Origin: an uncultured Eubacteriales bacterium
GTDB lineage: Bacteria > Acidobacteriota > Aminicenantia > Aminicenantales > JAFGAV01
Assembly (NCBI GenBank): GCA_964521765.1
Contig: CAZFTV010000002.1
Span: 9,330-37,355 of the forward strand
Length of the DNA: 28,026 nt
Direction of reading: 5' to 3'
Positions 1-9,645 of this stretch are shown piece after piece. Under the pieces are notes generated by a model that was not told the DNA's origin, searched no databases, and saw only the letters and a program-made list of their open reading frames with translations. The first letter of the stretch is position 1, and each line of letters opens with the position of its first letter. The translations under genes were made by a program, and so were the position numbers.

Positions 1-117
1 CATATCGCCATCAACCAGTTCCCCGGCCTCGCCAGCGAGAGCCTGGGCGACGGGTTTCTGAAAAAAGTGAAAATCTTCATCGCCGATCGCAACCAGAGGC
101 CGCCGAGCAGGTCGTAG
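1..117 (+). CDS. jag: 3' end of a Jag/KhpB (EloR) RNA-binding protein, R3H domain (partial)
   Basis: Frame 1 reads HIAINQFPGLASESLGDGFLKKVKIFIADRNQRPPSRS* (TAG 115-117), matching the R3H C-terminal pattern H..l......tES.G.G...rV.I. It lies in the usual position directly upstream of mnmE. Confidence 0.7.
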   Translation, partial: HIAINQFPGLASESLGDGFLKKVKIFIADRNQRPPSRS

Positions 118-244
118 TTCCTTTCCGCCGGACTCCTACCCCTCTTGAGTTTAATTGACTGAACGCTCGCCCGGCCGATGCGGGCGCCTCCGGACAGGCC
201 TTTCTCACGGGTGAATCGCGCGCGATGAATGGGAGAAGGCCTTT

Positions 245-253
245 TGGTAAAAT
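245..253 (+). promoter_or_regulatory. Extended -10 promoter element (TGnTAAAAT) for mnmE
   Basis: TG-G-TAAAAT at 245-253, ending 6 nt before the ATG at 260. No Shine-Dalgarno sequence lies between them. Confidence 0.5.
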
Positions 254-259
254 AGCCGT

Positions 260-1639
260 ATGAACAAGGCCAGGCTCCAGGACACGATTATCGCCGTCTC
301 CACCCCCCCCGGGTTTGGAGGCCTCGGCGTTCTCAGGATGAGCGGCCCGGAATCGCTGGCGGTCGCCTGCAAATTGTTCGTTCCCGCAAAGAAAATTGCC
401 GCTTTTCCGGAACGAGCCGCTGTCTTCGGGCACGTCGTCAACCGGGAGACCGGCCAGGTTCTGGACGAAGCGTTCATCGTCTATTTTCCCGCTCCCCGCT
501 CCTACACCCGGGAAGATGTCATCGAGATCAGCTGCCACGGAAGCCCCGCCGTCCTTGAGGAAGTTGTGCGGCTCGGGGTCATGGCCGGGGCCAAGCCCGC
601 CCTGCCGGGGGAATTCACTCTCAGGGCGTATCTCCGGGGAAGAATCGATATCCTGCAGGCCGAGGCCGTCCAGTCCCTGGTTCAATCCGCGACGCTCGAA
701 CAAGCCCGGGTGTCGATCGGCCAGGTCCGGGGCGGCCTTTCGCGGAATATCGCGCTGTTGAGAGAGAGCCTCATCGAGCTCATGGGACTCATCGAAGCCG
801 GAATCGAATTCTCCGAAGGAGGAGAGGCCGAAACCGCATTCGCGATCAGGGAACGGATTCTCGGGTGCAGGGAAACGACGGAGAAGCTTGCGGCGAGTTA
901 TGAGACGGGCCGCGTTCTCTCGGAAGGAGTCCGCGTGGCCATCGCCGGCCGGCCGAACGTGGGAAAGTCCACTCTGTTCAACGCGCTCCTGGGCCGGGAA
1001 AGGGCTATCGTCACTCCCTTCCCGGGGACGACCCGGGATTATCTTTCGGAACGACTGATGCACGGCGGAATGAATTTCGTCCTGACCGATATGGCCGGAC
1101 TGGGAAGCGCGAGGGACCCTGTTGAGGGAGAGGGAATCAAGCGGGGACGAGCACTGGCCGATGAAGCCCAAGGCATCCTCCTTATTCTTGACGCTTCCCA
1201 GCCGGAAACTGAGGAGGACAGGCGGTTCGTCTCCGGGTTCAAGGGAAGGAAATTGATACTGATCTTCAACAAGAATGACCTTCCCAGAAAAATCGACCGC
1301 CCGGGAATCCTGTCCCTTTTGCCCGGAGCGCCGCATCTCGACGTCTCGGCTCTCCTGGGGTCGCGCATTGAGGAATTGAAGGAGCTCATGCTCAAGATTT
1401 TTTCTCCGGAAGAGAAAATGGCTGAGGACGTCGTGCTGCATCTCAGGCAGAAGATCTTGCTCGAGGAGATTGCGCGGGCCCTGGGCGCTGCCCAGGAGCG
1501 TTTGGACGGCGGCTTTTCGGAGGAATATTACGCCGAGGAGGTCCGCTCGGCTCTCAACCTGATCGGGCAACTGACCGGAGAGGTCGCCTCGGACGAGGTC
1601 CTCGACGCTGTTTTCGCGCGCTTCTGCGTGGGGAAATAG
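260..1639 (+). CDS. mnmE: tRNA modification GTPase MnmE (TrmE)
   Basis: N-terminal [38 protein letters not shown]1 GRPNVGKS, G2 PGTTRD, G4 NKND and C-terminal FCVGK. Confidence 0.97.
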   Translation: MNKARLQDTIIAVSTPPGFGGLGVLRMSGPESLAVACKLFVPAKKIAAFPERAAVFGHVVNRETGQVLDEAFIVYFPAPRSYTREDVIEISCHGSPAVLEEVVRLGVMAGAKPALPGEFTLRAYLRGRIDILQAEAVQSLVQSATLEQARVSIGQVRGGLSRNIALLRESLIELMGLIEAGIEFSEGGEAETAFAIRERILGCRETTEKLAASYETGRVLSEGVRVAIAGRPNVGKSTLFNALLGRERAIVTPFPGTTRDYLSERLMHGGMNFVLTDMAGLGSARDPVEGEGIKRGRALADEAQGILLILDASQPETEEDRRFVSGFKGRKLILIFNKNDLPRKIDRPGILSLLPGAPHLDVSALLGSRIEELKELMLKIFSPEEKMAEDVVLHLRQKILLEEIARALGAAQERLDGGFSEEYYAEEVRSALNLIGQLTGEVASDEVLDAVFARFCVGK

Positions 1640-1650
1640 AAGCTGCGGCC

Positions 1651-3486
1651 ATGCCAGACCAGTTCGATGTCGTTGTTGTCGGCGGCGGCCATGCCGGCTG
1701 CGAGGCCGCGGCGGCCGCGGCATCGATGGGCTTGACCTCCTGCCTTCTCACGATCCAGCTTGAAAATATAGCCCAGATGTCGTGCAACCCCGCCATCGGG
1801 GGACTGGCCAAGGGCCATCTCGTCAGGGAAATCGACGCCCTGGGGGGGATCATGGGCCTCCTGGCCGACGAGACCGGCCTCCAGTTCAAGATGCTCAACC
1901 GCAGCCGGGGCGGGGCCGTGCAGGCGCCCAGGGCGCAATGCGACAAGGCCCGATACCGGCAGGTCATGAAAGCCTGGCTGGAAAAAATGCCCAATCTGGC
2001 TTTGATGCAGGGGATCGCGTCCGAGATCATGATCCGGGGCGGCCGCGCGGAAGGCGTCCGGATGCTAGACGGCCATGAAATCAGAGCCGGGGCGGTTATT
2101 CTGACGCCCGGCACATTCCTCAACGGGCTCATTCATCTTGGCCTGACAAGTTATGCCGCAGGCCGGGCCAACGAGCCCTGCTCCCGCGAGCTGGCGGAGG
2201 ATTTAAAAAAGGCCGGGCTCAGGATGTTTCGATTGAAAACCGGGACACCCATGAGGCTGGATGCCCGGACCATCGACTGGAGCGCGTTTGAGCCCCAGGT
2301 CGGCGACGAGCCGCCCGTGCCTTTTTCGTACAGGACCGGGCGGCGGCTCGAAAATAAGGTCGTTTGCTATATCGGTTACACCACGGGCAAAGCGCACGAG
2401 GTGATCAGGAAAAACCTGGATAAATCGCCGCTCTACAGCGGAAAAATTCTAGGCACCGGGGTGCGGTACTGTCCCTCGATCGAGGACAAGGTCGTGAAAT
2501 TCGGCCATCATGAAAGGCACCAGTTTTATCTCGAGCCGGAGGGGCTGGACACGAATGAGATCTACGTCAACGGCCTTTCCTCGAGCCTCCCCCTCGAAGT
2601 CCAGCTCGAAATCCTGAAAGCCATTCCCGGCCTCGACCAGGCCCGCGTGCTCAGGCCGGCTTACGGCATCGAATATGACGCCGTCCTGCCAACACAGCTT
2701 CTCCGGACCCTGGAAACCCAGGCTGTCCGGAGCCTGTATCTGGCCGGACAGATTAACGGCACTTCAGGGTATGAGGAAGCGGCGGCCCAGGGATTGATGG
2801 CCGGGATCAACGCCTCGCTGAAAATCCGGGGAAAGAAAGCTTTCATTCTTGAAAGAAGCGAAGCGTATGTGGGCGTTTTAATAGACGACCTGGTCTCGAG
2901 GGGTGTCGAGGAGCCGTACCGGCTGTTCACTTCCCGGGCGGAATACCGGCTTCTGCTCCGCATCGACAACGCCGACTTCAGGCTCATGCCTTACGGCCGG
3001 CAACTGGGCTTGATAGACGAGAAGACATTTCAGGCTTTTCAAGAGAAAAAAGCTAGGGTTCACAACGCCCTTTCTTTCCTGGGGAATGCGAAAACGGCAT
3101 CTCCGACTGGGGATAAGATCTCACTAAGAACCATGCTGAAAAAGCCTGAAATGTCCTGGCGGGGTGTGCTAGAATATGGGAAATTCGAGGAGACCCTTTC
3201 GGATGATGAGGTCAGGTTCATAGAGTCCGAAGTCAAGTATGAAGGGTATATCCGCAAGCAGGAGAGGGAAATCGACCAGATGATGCGCCTCGATAGAATG
3301 AAGATCCCTGAAAACATGGATTATCAGGCTGTTTCCGGCCTGTCCCGCGAAGCGGTCGAGAAACTTGACAAAGCCCGGCCTGATACCCTGGGCGAGGTCA
3401 AAAGGATACCGGGAATGACGCCCGCCGCGGTTATGAATGTATTTGCCCATCTCAACTTAAGGAAAAAAGCCCGGGGCGGGTCCTGA
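1651..3486 (+). CDS. mnmG: tRNA uridine-5-carboxymethylaminomethyl modification enzyme MnmG (GidA)
   Basis: [15 protein letters not shown] motif, [49 protein letters not shown]. Confidence 0.98.
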   Translation: MPDQFDVVVVGGGHAGCEAAAAAASMGLTSCLLTIQLENIAQMSCNPAIGGLAKGHLVREIDALGGIMGLLADETGLQFKMLNRSRGGAVQAPRAQCDKARYRQVMKAWLEKMPNLALMQGIASEIMIRGGRAEGVRMLDGHEIRAGAVILTPGTFLNGLIHLGLTSYAAGRANEPCSRELAEDLKKAGLRMFRLKTGTPMRLDARTIDWSAFEPQVGDEPPVPFSYRTGRRLENKVVCYIGYTTGKAHEVIRKNLDKSPLYSGKILGTGVRYCPSIEDKVVKFGHHERHQFYLEPEGLDTNEIYVNGLSSSLPLEVQLEILKAIPGLDQARVLRPAYGIEYDAVLPTQLLRTLETQAVRSLYLAGQINGTSGYEEAAAQGLMAGINASLKIRGKKAFILERSEAYVGVLIDDLVSRGVEEPYRLFTSRAEYRLLLRIDNADFRLMPYGRQLGLIDEKTFQAFQEKKARVHNALSFLGNAKTASPTGDKISLRTMLKKPEMSWRGVLEYGKFEETLSDDEVRFIESEVKYEGYIRKQEREIDQMMRLDRMKIPENMDYQAVSGLSREAVEKLDKARPDTLGEVKRIPGMTPAAVMNVFAHLNLRKKARGGS

Positions 3487-3502
3487 TGTTTCACGTGGAA
3501 CA
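3487..3502. promoter_or_regulatory. parS centromere site
   Basis: TGTTTCACGTGGAACA. Its reverse complement TGTTCCACGTGAAACA matches the Bacillus-type consensus TGTTNCACGTGAAACA exactly, and it sits between the mnmG stop and the parA start. Confidence 0.93.
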
Positions 3503-3509
3503 CTGAGCC

Positions 3510-4271
3510 ATGGGCAGAGTCATAGCCGTCGCTAATCAGAAGGGCGGGGTGGGTAAAACGACCACCGCCATCAACCTTGGCGCCGCCCTGGCCTTGAAGC
3601 AGCAGAGGGTTCTTCTCGTGGATTTTGACCCCCAGGGCATGGCCACGGTCGGGTTAGGCAAGTCCAAGCGGGAAGCGAAAATGGGCATTTATCAGGCCAT
3701 GATGGACGGCGCCGGCATCATGGACTGTGTCCAGGGGACGGAAATGAACAACCTGTACCTGTGCCCCTGCTCCCCTGAGCTCGCCGGAATCGAGGCCGAG
3801 CTCTATTCCCAGGAGAAGAGGGAGAAAAAGCTGAAGGCCGCCTTGGAGCCCATTAAAAAGAGCTTCAATTTCATCCTTATCGATTGCCCACCCTCGCTCG
3901 GATTTCTAACCATTAACGCCCTGGCGGCGGCCGATTCGATCCTGATTCCCGTCCAGTGTGAGTTTTTTTGCATGGAAGGAATACCGGACTTGCTCCTGAC
4001 GCTGGACGAGGTTCGGACGTTTTTCAACCCCGATCTACACATCGAGGGGATCGTGCTGACGATGTATGACGAACGCACGAACCTATCCAAGCAGGTGGTT
4101 GAGGAAGTGCGCAAGACCCTCGGACCCTTGATTTTCAGCTCGATCATTCCCCGCACGGTCAGGCTGGCGGAAGCGCCTTCTTTCGGGAAACCGATCATCA
4201 TCTACGATATCAAGTCCAAGGGGGCCGACGGATACCTCGACCTGGCCCGGGAGCTTCTGGAGAAGAAATGA
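3510..4271 (+). CDS. parA: Chromosome partitioning ATPase ParA (Soj)
   Basis: Deviant Walker [39 protein letters not shown]. Confidence 0.97.
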   Translation: MGRVIAVANQKGGVGKTTTAINLGAALALKQQRVLLVDFDPQGMATVGLGKSKREAKMGIYQAMMDGAGIMDCVQGTEMNNLYLCPCSPELAGIEAELYSQEKREKKLKAALEPIKKSFNFILIDCPPSLGFLTINALAAADSILIPVQCEFFCMEGIPDLLLTLDEVRTFFNPDLHIEGIVLTMYDERTNLSKQVVEEVRKTLGPLIFSSIIPRTVRLAEAPSFGKPIIIYDIKSKGADGYLDLARELLEKK

Positions 4272-5116
4272 AAAAACAAGCTTTGGGGAAGGGCATAAGA
4301 GCTTTCGTTCCGGAGGAATTCGGCATCCTGAAAGACGAGAGGTTGGCGGACGTTCCCATCGGCCAGGTCAGGCCGAATCCCCTGCAGCCTCGCAAGAATT
4401 TCGACGAAGCGGCCATCCAGGATCTCGCCCGGTCGATCAAGACATCCGGAGTCCTACAGCCGATCGTCGTCGTCCCCGAGGGCGATCATTACAAAATCAT
4501 CATCGGCGAGCGGCGCTTCAGGGCGGCTCAACGCGCCGGCCTGCCGAAGGTGCCGGTGCTGATCCGCAACGTGCCCAAGGCCCAGCAGGTCGAGATATCG
4601 CTGGTTGAGAACCTCCAGCGGGAAGACCTCAACCCAATCGAAATCGCCCAGGCCTATGAGCAGCTCGTGAAAGAGCTCGGCTTGACCCAGCAGGAGCTGG
4701 CGGACAAGGTCGGGATGGACCGGAGTACGGTGGCCAATTTCCTCAGGCTTATCAGGCTGCCCGAAGAAGTCCAGGAGATGCTGGCTATGAACAAGCTGTC
4801 CATGGGCCATGCCCGCGCCCTGTTGCCCCTCGACGACCCGGGCCAACAGCTGCAGCTGGCCCGGCAGATCGTCGCCGGCAGCCTTTCCGTCAGGGAAGTG
4901 GAAGCCCGTGTCCAGGGCGGAAGAAAAAAGTCTCCCGCGAGAAAAAAAAGCGGCATCGACCCGGAGCTGAGAGCCTTGCAGGAGAGCCTGGTCCGTGTCC
5001 TGGGGACGAAGGTGGAAATCGCCGGCAGCCGCCGGCGGGGCCACCTACGGGTGTATTATTTTTCTCTCGACGAACTCAACCGAATCTATGAACTCATAAA
5101 AGGAGTGCGTTCATGA
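4268..5116 (+). CDS. parB: Chromosome partitioning protein ParB (Spo0J)
   Basis: N-terminal LGKG ParA-interaction peptide, NPLQPRK, GVLQP, GERRFRA box, ENLQREDL and an HTH region. ATGA overlap with parA. Confidence 0.97.
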   Translation: MKKQALGKGIRAFVPEEFGILKDERLADVPIGQVRPNPLQPRKNFDEAAIQDLARSIKTSGVLQPIVVVPEGDHYKIIIGERRFRAAQRAGLPKVPVLIRNVPKAQQVEISLVENLQREDLNPIEIAQAYEQLVKELGLTQQELADKVGMDRSTVANFLRLIRLPEEVQEMLAMNKLSMGHARALLPLDDPGQQLQLARQIVAGSLSVREVEARVQGGRKKSPARKKSGIDPELRALQESLVRVLGTKVEIAGSRRRGHLRVYYFSLDELNRIYELIKGVRS

Positions 5117-5502
5117 AAGATCGCAAAAGCGAAATGGACGAAGGGAAGATTTCGGGGTTTTTCGACAAGGATTCGGAATTCATCGGCGAGCTGAATTTTC
5201 GGGGGTCGTTCCGAATCGACGGGAATTTCAAGGGCAAGATCAATTCGGAGACGATGCTCATCGTCGGCGACAGCGGCCGGGTGGAAGCCGATGTCCGGGC
5301 TGGACAGGTGGTCGTCAACGGCGAAATCAAGGGCACGATCCAAGCCCAGGACCTGGTGGAGATTCACGGCAAGGGCAGGGTCATCGGCACCATCACCACG
5401 CCCCGCCTTATCGTCGAAGACGGGGCCTATCTCGAAGCGACCTGCCAGACGACGGAGACGTCCGGGATCAAGAGTTTGAAAAACAGCGGGGACGACAATT
5501 GA
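5113..5502 (+). CDS. Bactofilin (polymer-forming cytoskeletal protein, DUF583-like)
   Basis: Beta-helix repeat pattern FIGELNFRGSFRIDGNFKGKI...VGDSGRVEADV...VNGEIKGTI...GRVIGTI...LIVEDGAYLE. Confidence 0.9.
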   Translation: MKDRKSEMDEGKISGFFDKDSEFIGELNFRGSFRIDGNFKGKINSETMLIVGDSGRVEADVRAGQVVVNGEIKGTIQAQDLVEIHGKGRVIGTITTPRLIVEDGAYLEATCQTTETSGIKSLKNSGDDN

Positions 5503-6215
5503 AAAAAGCCGTAGGCGTCATCCCCGCGCGCTATGCATCCACCCGGTTCCCGGGCAAACCCCTGGCTCTCATCCTGGGCCGGCCGATGCTGCAGTGGGTT
5601 TACGAGGCGGCGGCGAAAGCGGGCTCGCTCGAGCGGGTGATCATCGCCACGGACGACGCGCGGATCTTCGAGCAGGCCGGGCTTTTCGGCGCGGAAGCCG
5701 TCATGACTTCGCCCGACCACGCCTCGGGGACGGACCGGGTGGCCGAAACGGCCGCCGGTCTCGATGTTCCGATCGTCGTCAACATCCAGGGCGACGAACC
5801 GCTTCTCAGGCCCGAGATGATCGACGGGCTGGTCTCCGCCCTCCAGGACGACTCCGTGACCATGGCTTCTCTCATGACGCGGGCGGGACGCGAGGATGTC
5901 CTGGACAGGAACACGGTCAAGGTCGTCGTCGATGTCCGCGGGTTCGCCCTCTATTTTTCGCGGTTTCCGATTCCGTTCGGGGCGACGGGGGATTTTTTCA
6001 AGCACATCGGGATGTACGGCTACCGGCGGGACTTTTTGCTGGGCCTTAGCCGGATGCCCGCCACGGGATTGGAGAAAGTGGAGAAGCTCGAGCAGCTCCG
6101 TGTCCTGGAAAACGGGTTCAAGATAAAAATGGTTGAATGCGACGGCCCGTCCTTGAGCGTGGATTCTCCCGAGGATATAATCAAGGTCGAAAACCTGCTC
6201 AAAAGCCGAAAATGA
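5499..6215 (+). CDS. kdsB: 3-deoxy-manno-octulosonate cytidylyltransferase
   Basis: IPARYASTRFPGKPL, SGTDR, NIQGDEP, KHIGMYGY, LEQLRVLENG. TTG start overlaps the bactofilin stop. Confidence 0.95.
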   Translation: MKKAVGVIPARYASTRFPGKPLALILGRPMLQWVYEAAAKAGSLERVIIATDDARIFEQAGLFGAEAVMTSPDHASGTDRVAETAAGLDVPIVVNIQGDEPLLRPEMIDGLVSALQDDSVTMASLMTRAGREDVLDRNTVKVVVDVRGFALYFSRFPIPFGATGDFFKHIGMYGYRRDFLLGLSRMPATGLEKVEKLEQLRVLENGFKIKMVECDGPSLSVDSPEDIIKVENLLKSRK

Positions 6216-7837
6216 AGACCAAGTATATTTTTGTCACGGGAGGCGTTGTTTCGGGACTGGGCAAGGGGGTCGCCGCCTCTTCGATCGGCATGCTCCTCGA
6301 GAGCCACGGGCTGCGCATCACGCTGGTGAAGTGCGACCCCTACCTGAACATCGACCCGGGCACGATGAGCCCCTTCCAGCACGGGGAAGTCTACGTCACC
6401 GCGGACGGCGCGGAGACCGACCTCGACCTGGGACATTATGAAAGGTTCACTTCCGCCCGGACGTCGCGGGCGAACAACTGGACGGCCGGCCGGATCTACG
6501 AATCCATTCTGCGCCGGGAGAGGACGGGCGACTTTCTGGGCAAGACCGTCCAGGTCATCCCCCACGTGACCGACGAGATCAGGAAATCGATAAGCACCGC
6601 GGCCGACTCGAACGACATCGTCATCGTCGAGATCGGGGGCACGGTGGGCGACATCGAAAGCCTGCCCTTCCTGGAAGCCATCCGGCAGATGCGGCTCGAG
6701 CACGGCCCGGAGAATACGCTCTTCGTCCACCTGACCCTCGTCCCTTACATCCCCTCCTCGGGCGAGCTCAAGACCAAGCCCACACAGCACAGCGTAAAGG
6801 AATTGAGGGCCATCGGCATCCAGCCCGACCTTCTCCTGTGCCGGACCGATCGTTTCCTGAGCATTGATATCAAGAGAAAGATCGCGCTGTTCACCAACGT
6901 GCCGCTGGAAGCGGTCATCACCGCCAAGGACGTGGAGAACATCTACGAGATCCCCCTGGTCTTCGCCGCGGAGGGGCTGGACAAATTCATCCTCAAGCAG
7001 CTCGGCCTCAAGGCCGGGGCTCGCAACTTCGCCCGCTGGCGGGCATTCCTCAACACCATGAAGAACCCGTGCGGGGAGGTGAACATCGCGCTCGTGGGGA
7101 AGTACGCCGGACTTCACGATTCCTACATCAGCCTGCGCCAGGCTCTCCTCCACGGAGCGGCCGCGCACAAGCTGCGCCTGAATATCGCCTGGGTCGAGGC
7201 CGAGGACCTCGAGAAGGGAAGGCCGGAGAAGATCCTGGGCCAGGCCGACGGCATCCTCGTGCCCGGAGGGTTCGGAGTCCGCGGCATCGAAGGAAAGATC
7301 AAAGCCGTAACCTACGCCCGGCGGAACAAGGTCCCCTACTTCGGAATCTGCCTGGGAATGCAGTGCGCCACGGTCGAGTTCGCCCGGAACACGGCCGGCC
7401 TGCGCGGGGCGAACTCCACCGAGTTCGACGCCGAGACGCAGCACAAGATCTTTTTCATGTGGCGGGAAATCAAGGGAGTCAAGGACATGGGCGGAACGAT
7501 GCGCCTGGGCGGCTACGACTGCCTGCTCAGCAGGGGATCTATAGCCTATAAAGCCTATAAGAAATATAGGATATTGGAGCGCCACCGCCATCGTTATGAA
7601 TTCAACCCCGCCTTCCGGCGGCGCCTGGAGTCGGCCGGCCTGGTCATCTCGGGCGTCAACCCCGAGCACGACCTCGTGGAGATCGTCGAGCTTCGGGACC
7701 ACCCCTGGTTCCTGGGATGCCAGTTCCATCCCGAGTTCCAGTCCAAGCCGCTCGAACCCCATCCGCTGTTTAAGGATTTCATCGGAGCGAGTCATGCCCA
7801 TCGTCTCAAGAGAAGTCGTCCTCGGACCCGCGGTTAA
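6212..7837 (+). CDS. pyrG: CTP synthase (start re-assigned to ATG 6212)
   Basis: [28 protein letters not shown], glutaminase [25 protein letters not shown] overlap with kdsB. Confidence 0.98.
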   Translation: MKTKYIFVTGGVVSGLGKGVAASSIGMLLESHGLRITLVKCDPYLNIDPGTMSPFQHGEVYVTADGAETDLDLGHYERFTSARTSRANNWTAGRIYESILRRERTGDFLGKTVQVIPHVTDEIRKSISTAADSNDIVIVEIGGTVGDIESLPFLEAIRQMRLEHGPENTLFVHLTLVPYIPSSGELKTKPTQHSVKELRAIGIQPDLLLCRTDRFLSIDIKRKIALFTNVPLEAVITAKDVENIYEIPLVFAAEGLDKFILKQLGLKAGARNFARWRAFLNTMKNPCGEVNIALVGKYAGLHDSYISLRQALLHGAAAHKLRLNIAWVEAEDLEKGRPEKILGQADGILVPGGFGVRGIEGKIKAVTYARRNKVPYFGICLGMQCATVEFARNTAGLRGANSTEFDAETQHKIFFMWREIKGVKDMGGTMRLGGYDCLLSRGSIAYKAYKKYRILERHRHRYEFNPAFRRRLESAGLVISGVNPEHDLVEIVELRDHPWFLGCQFHPEFQSKPLEPHPLFKDFIGASHAHRLKRSRPRTRG

Positions 7838-8639
7838 GGCCGGCGGCCGGAACCCGCTGTTTCTCATCGCCGGCCCCTGCGTCATCGAGAGCCGCGACCA
7901 TGCTCGGCTGATCGCCTCCGAGCTCGCCGCGATCTCGCGGAAGCTCGGAGTGCCCTTCGTTTTCAAGGCCTCCTTCGACAAGGCCAACCGCTCCTCGCTC
8001 CGCTCCTACCGCGGCCCGGGGCTTGAGGAAGGCCTCAAGATCCTCGAGGCGGTCAAGGGAGAGTTCTCCGTACCGGTGCTGTCCGACGTCCACGAGGCCG
8101 GCCAGGTCGCCCGGGCGGCCGAGGTCCTGGACGTCCTCCAGATTCCCGCCTTCCTCTGCCGCCAGACCGACCTGGTGGTGGCCGCGGCCCGGACGGGAAA
8201 GCCCCTCAACCTGAAGAAGGGCCAGTTTCTCGCGCCCGGCGACATGCGCCACGCCGTGGACAAGGTCCTGAGCCGGGGCAACGACCGGATCCTGCTCACG
8301 GAGCGGGGCACGTCCTTCGGCTATCATGATTTGGTGATGGACATACGGTCGATCCCCATCCTCAAGTCCCTGGGTTTCCCCGTGGTCCTCGACGCCTCCC
8401 ACAGCGTCCAGCGTCCGGGAGGCCTGGGTGACGCCTCGGGCGGCGACGCGGAGTTCATACCGCTCCTGGCCAAGGCCGGCGTGAGCGCCGGCGTCGATGG
8501 CCTGTTCATCGAGGTTCACGAGGCGCCGGAGAGGGCGCTCTCGGACGGAAGGAATTCCCTGCGCCTCGGGGACCTCGAGAAGCTGCTCGGGACCCTCCTC
8601 GCCGTCCGCCGGGCCGTCACGGATACGGAGTCTCCATGA
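7794..8639 (+). CDS. kdsA: 3-deoxy-8-phosphooctulonate (KDO8P) synthase (start re-assigned to ATG 7794)
   Basis: IAGPCVIES, FKASFDKANRSS, QIPAFLCRQTDL, KKGQFLAP, TERG, DASHSVQRPG. GGAG lies upstream of the ATG. Confidence 0.96.
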   Translation: MPIVSREVVLGPAVKAGGRNPLFLIAGPCVIESRDHARLIASELAAISRKLGVPFVFKASFDKANRSSLRSYRGPGLEEGLKILEAVKGEFSVPVLSDVHEAGQVARAAEVLDVLQIPAFLCRQTDLVVAAARTGKPLNLKKGQFLAPGDMRHAVDKVLSRGNDRILLTERGTSFGYHDLVMDIRSIPILKSLGFPVVLDASHSVQRPGGLGDASGGDAEFIPLLAKAGVSAGVDGLFIEVHEAPERALSDGRNSLRLGDLEKLLGTLLAVRRAVTDTESP

Positions 8640-9607
8640 CCAACAAGGAAATCATCGCCATCGGCCGCCGGGTCCTCGAGATCGAGTCCGATGCGCTTGC
8701 GGAGCTGGCCCCGAAGGTCGACGAGAGCTTCGCCCGGGCGGTCAAGCTTCTGGCCCTCTCGCGGGCGCGCATTATCGTCACGGGCATGGGCAAGTCCGGA
8801 TTGGTCGGCCGCAAGATCGCGGCCACCCTGGCCTCGTGCGGGACGCCGGCCCTCTTCGTCCATCCGGCCGAGGCGGGGCACGGCGACCTGGGCATGATCC
8901 TCAGGAACGACGTCGTCCTGGCCGTCTCCTACAGCGGCGAGACGCGCGAGATCGTGGGGCTCCTCGACTTCATCAAGCGCATCGGCGTCAAGCTCATCAC
9001 CATCACAGGACACCCGCAGGCGAAGATCGCCCTCTACAGCGACATCGTCCTCGACGCCCGCGTGGAAAGAGAGGCGGAGCCCTCGGGCCTCGTGCCCACG
9101 GCGAGTTCCACGGCCGCCCTGGCCGTGGGCGACGCCCTGGCCGTGGCCTTGATGAAGGTCAAGGGCTTCAGCGAGAAGGACTTCGCCTCGGTTCACCCGC
9201 GCGGCGCGCTTGGCAAGAAGCTGCTGCGCGTCGAGTCGATCATGCACCGGGGCAAGGACATCCCGCGAGTCCAAGCGACGACCCTCATGAGCCGGGCCGT
9301 GGAGGTCATGTCGTCCAAGAAGCTGGGGATGACCTGCGTCCTCGACTACCGGGGCGCGCTCCAGGGCGTCATCACCGACGGCGACCTGCGCCGCCTGCTG
9401 CAGAAGCACGGCGCGCGGGCCATGCGCCTGACGGCGGAGAAGGGAATGACCCGCAACCCCGTGGTCATCGACCGCAACGAGCTGGCCACCAAGGCCTTGA
9501 ATCTCATGGAGGAGCGGAAAATCACTTCGCTCGTAGTCCGGGACGCCCGGGGTCGCGTGGAGGGTGTCGTCCATCTCCACGACCTGTGGCGGACCGAGAT
9601 GTTCTGA
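8636..9607 (+). CDS. kdsD: Arabinose-5-phosphate isomerase, KpsF/GutQ family (SIS + 2 CBS domains)
   Basis: GMGKSGLVGRKIAATLAS.GTP, HPAEAGHGDLG, PTASSTA, HPRGALG, CBS motifs ITDGDLRR and HLHDL. Confidence 0.94.
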   Translation: MTNKEIIAIGRRVLEIESDALAELAPKVDESFARAVKLLALSRARIIVTGMGKSGLVGRKIAATLASCGTPALFVHPAEAGHGDLGMILRNDVVLAVSYSGETREIVGLLDFIKRIGVKLITITGHPQAKIALYSDIVLDARVEREAEPSGLVPTASSTAALAVGDALAVALMKVKGFSEKDFASVHPRGALGKKLLRVESIMHRGKDIPRVQATTLMSRAVEVMSSKKLGMTCVLDYRGALQGVITDGDLRRLLQKHGARAMRLTAEKGMTRNPVVIDRNELATKALNLMEERKITSLVVRDARGRVEGVVHLHDLWRTEMF

Positions 9608-9645
9608 GGAACGGCCAGGGATCGATAGGATAGGAAGGGGGAACC

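Noticed and set aside
77-1723. 548-aa minus-strand ORF
   Set aside because: Antisense shadow of mnmE in GC-rich DNA; no recognisable motifs.
6020-7987. 655-aa minus-strand ORF (likewise 9346-10617 and 18252-20138)
   Set aside because: Antisense shadows of pyrG, the mutase and sdhA, expected from high-GC codon bias.
5499-9607. Absence of kdsC from the kds cluster
   Set aside because: kdsC is often elsewhere or replaced by other HAD phosphatases; cannot be judged from one window.
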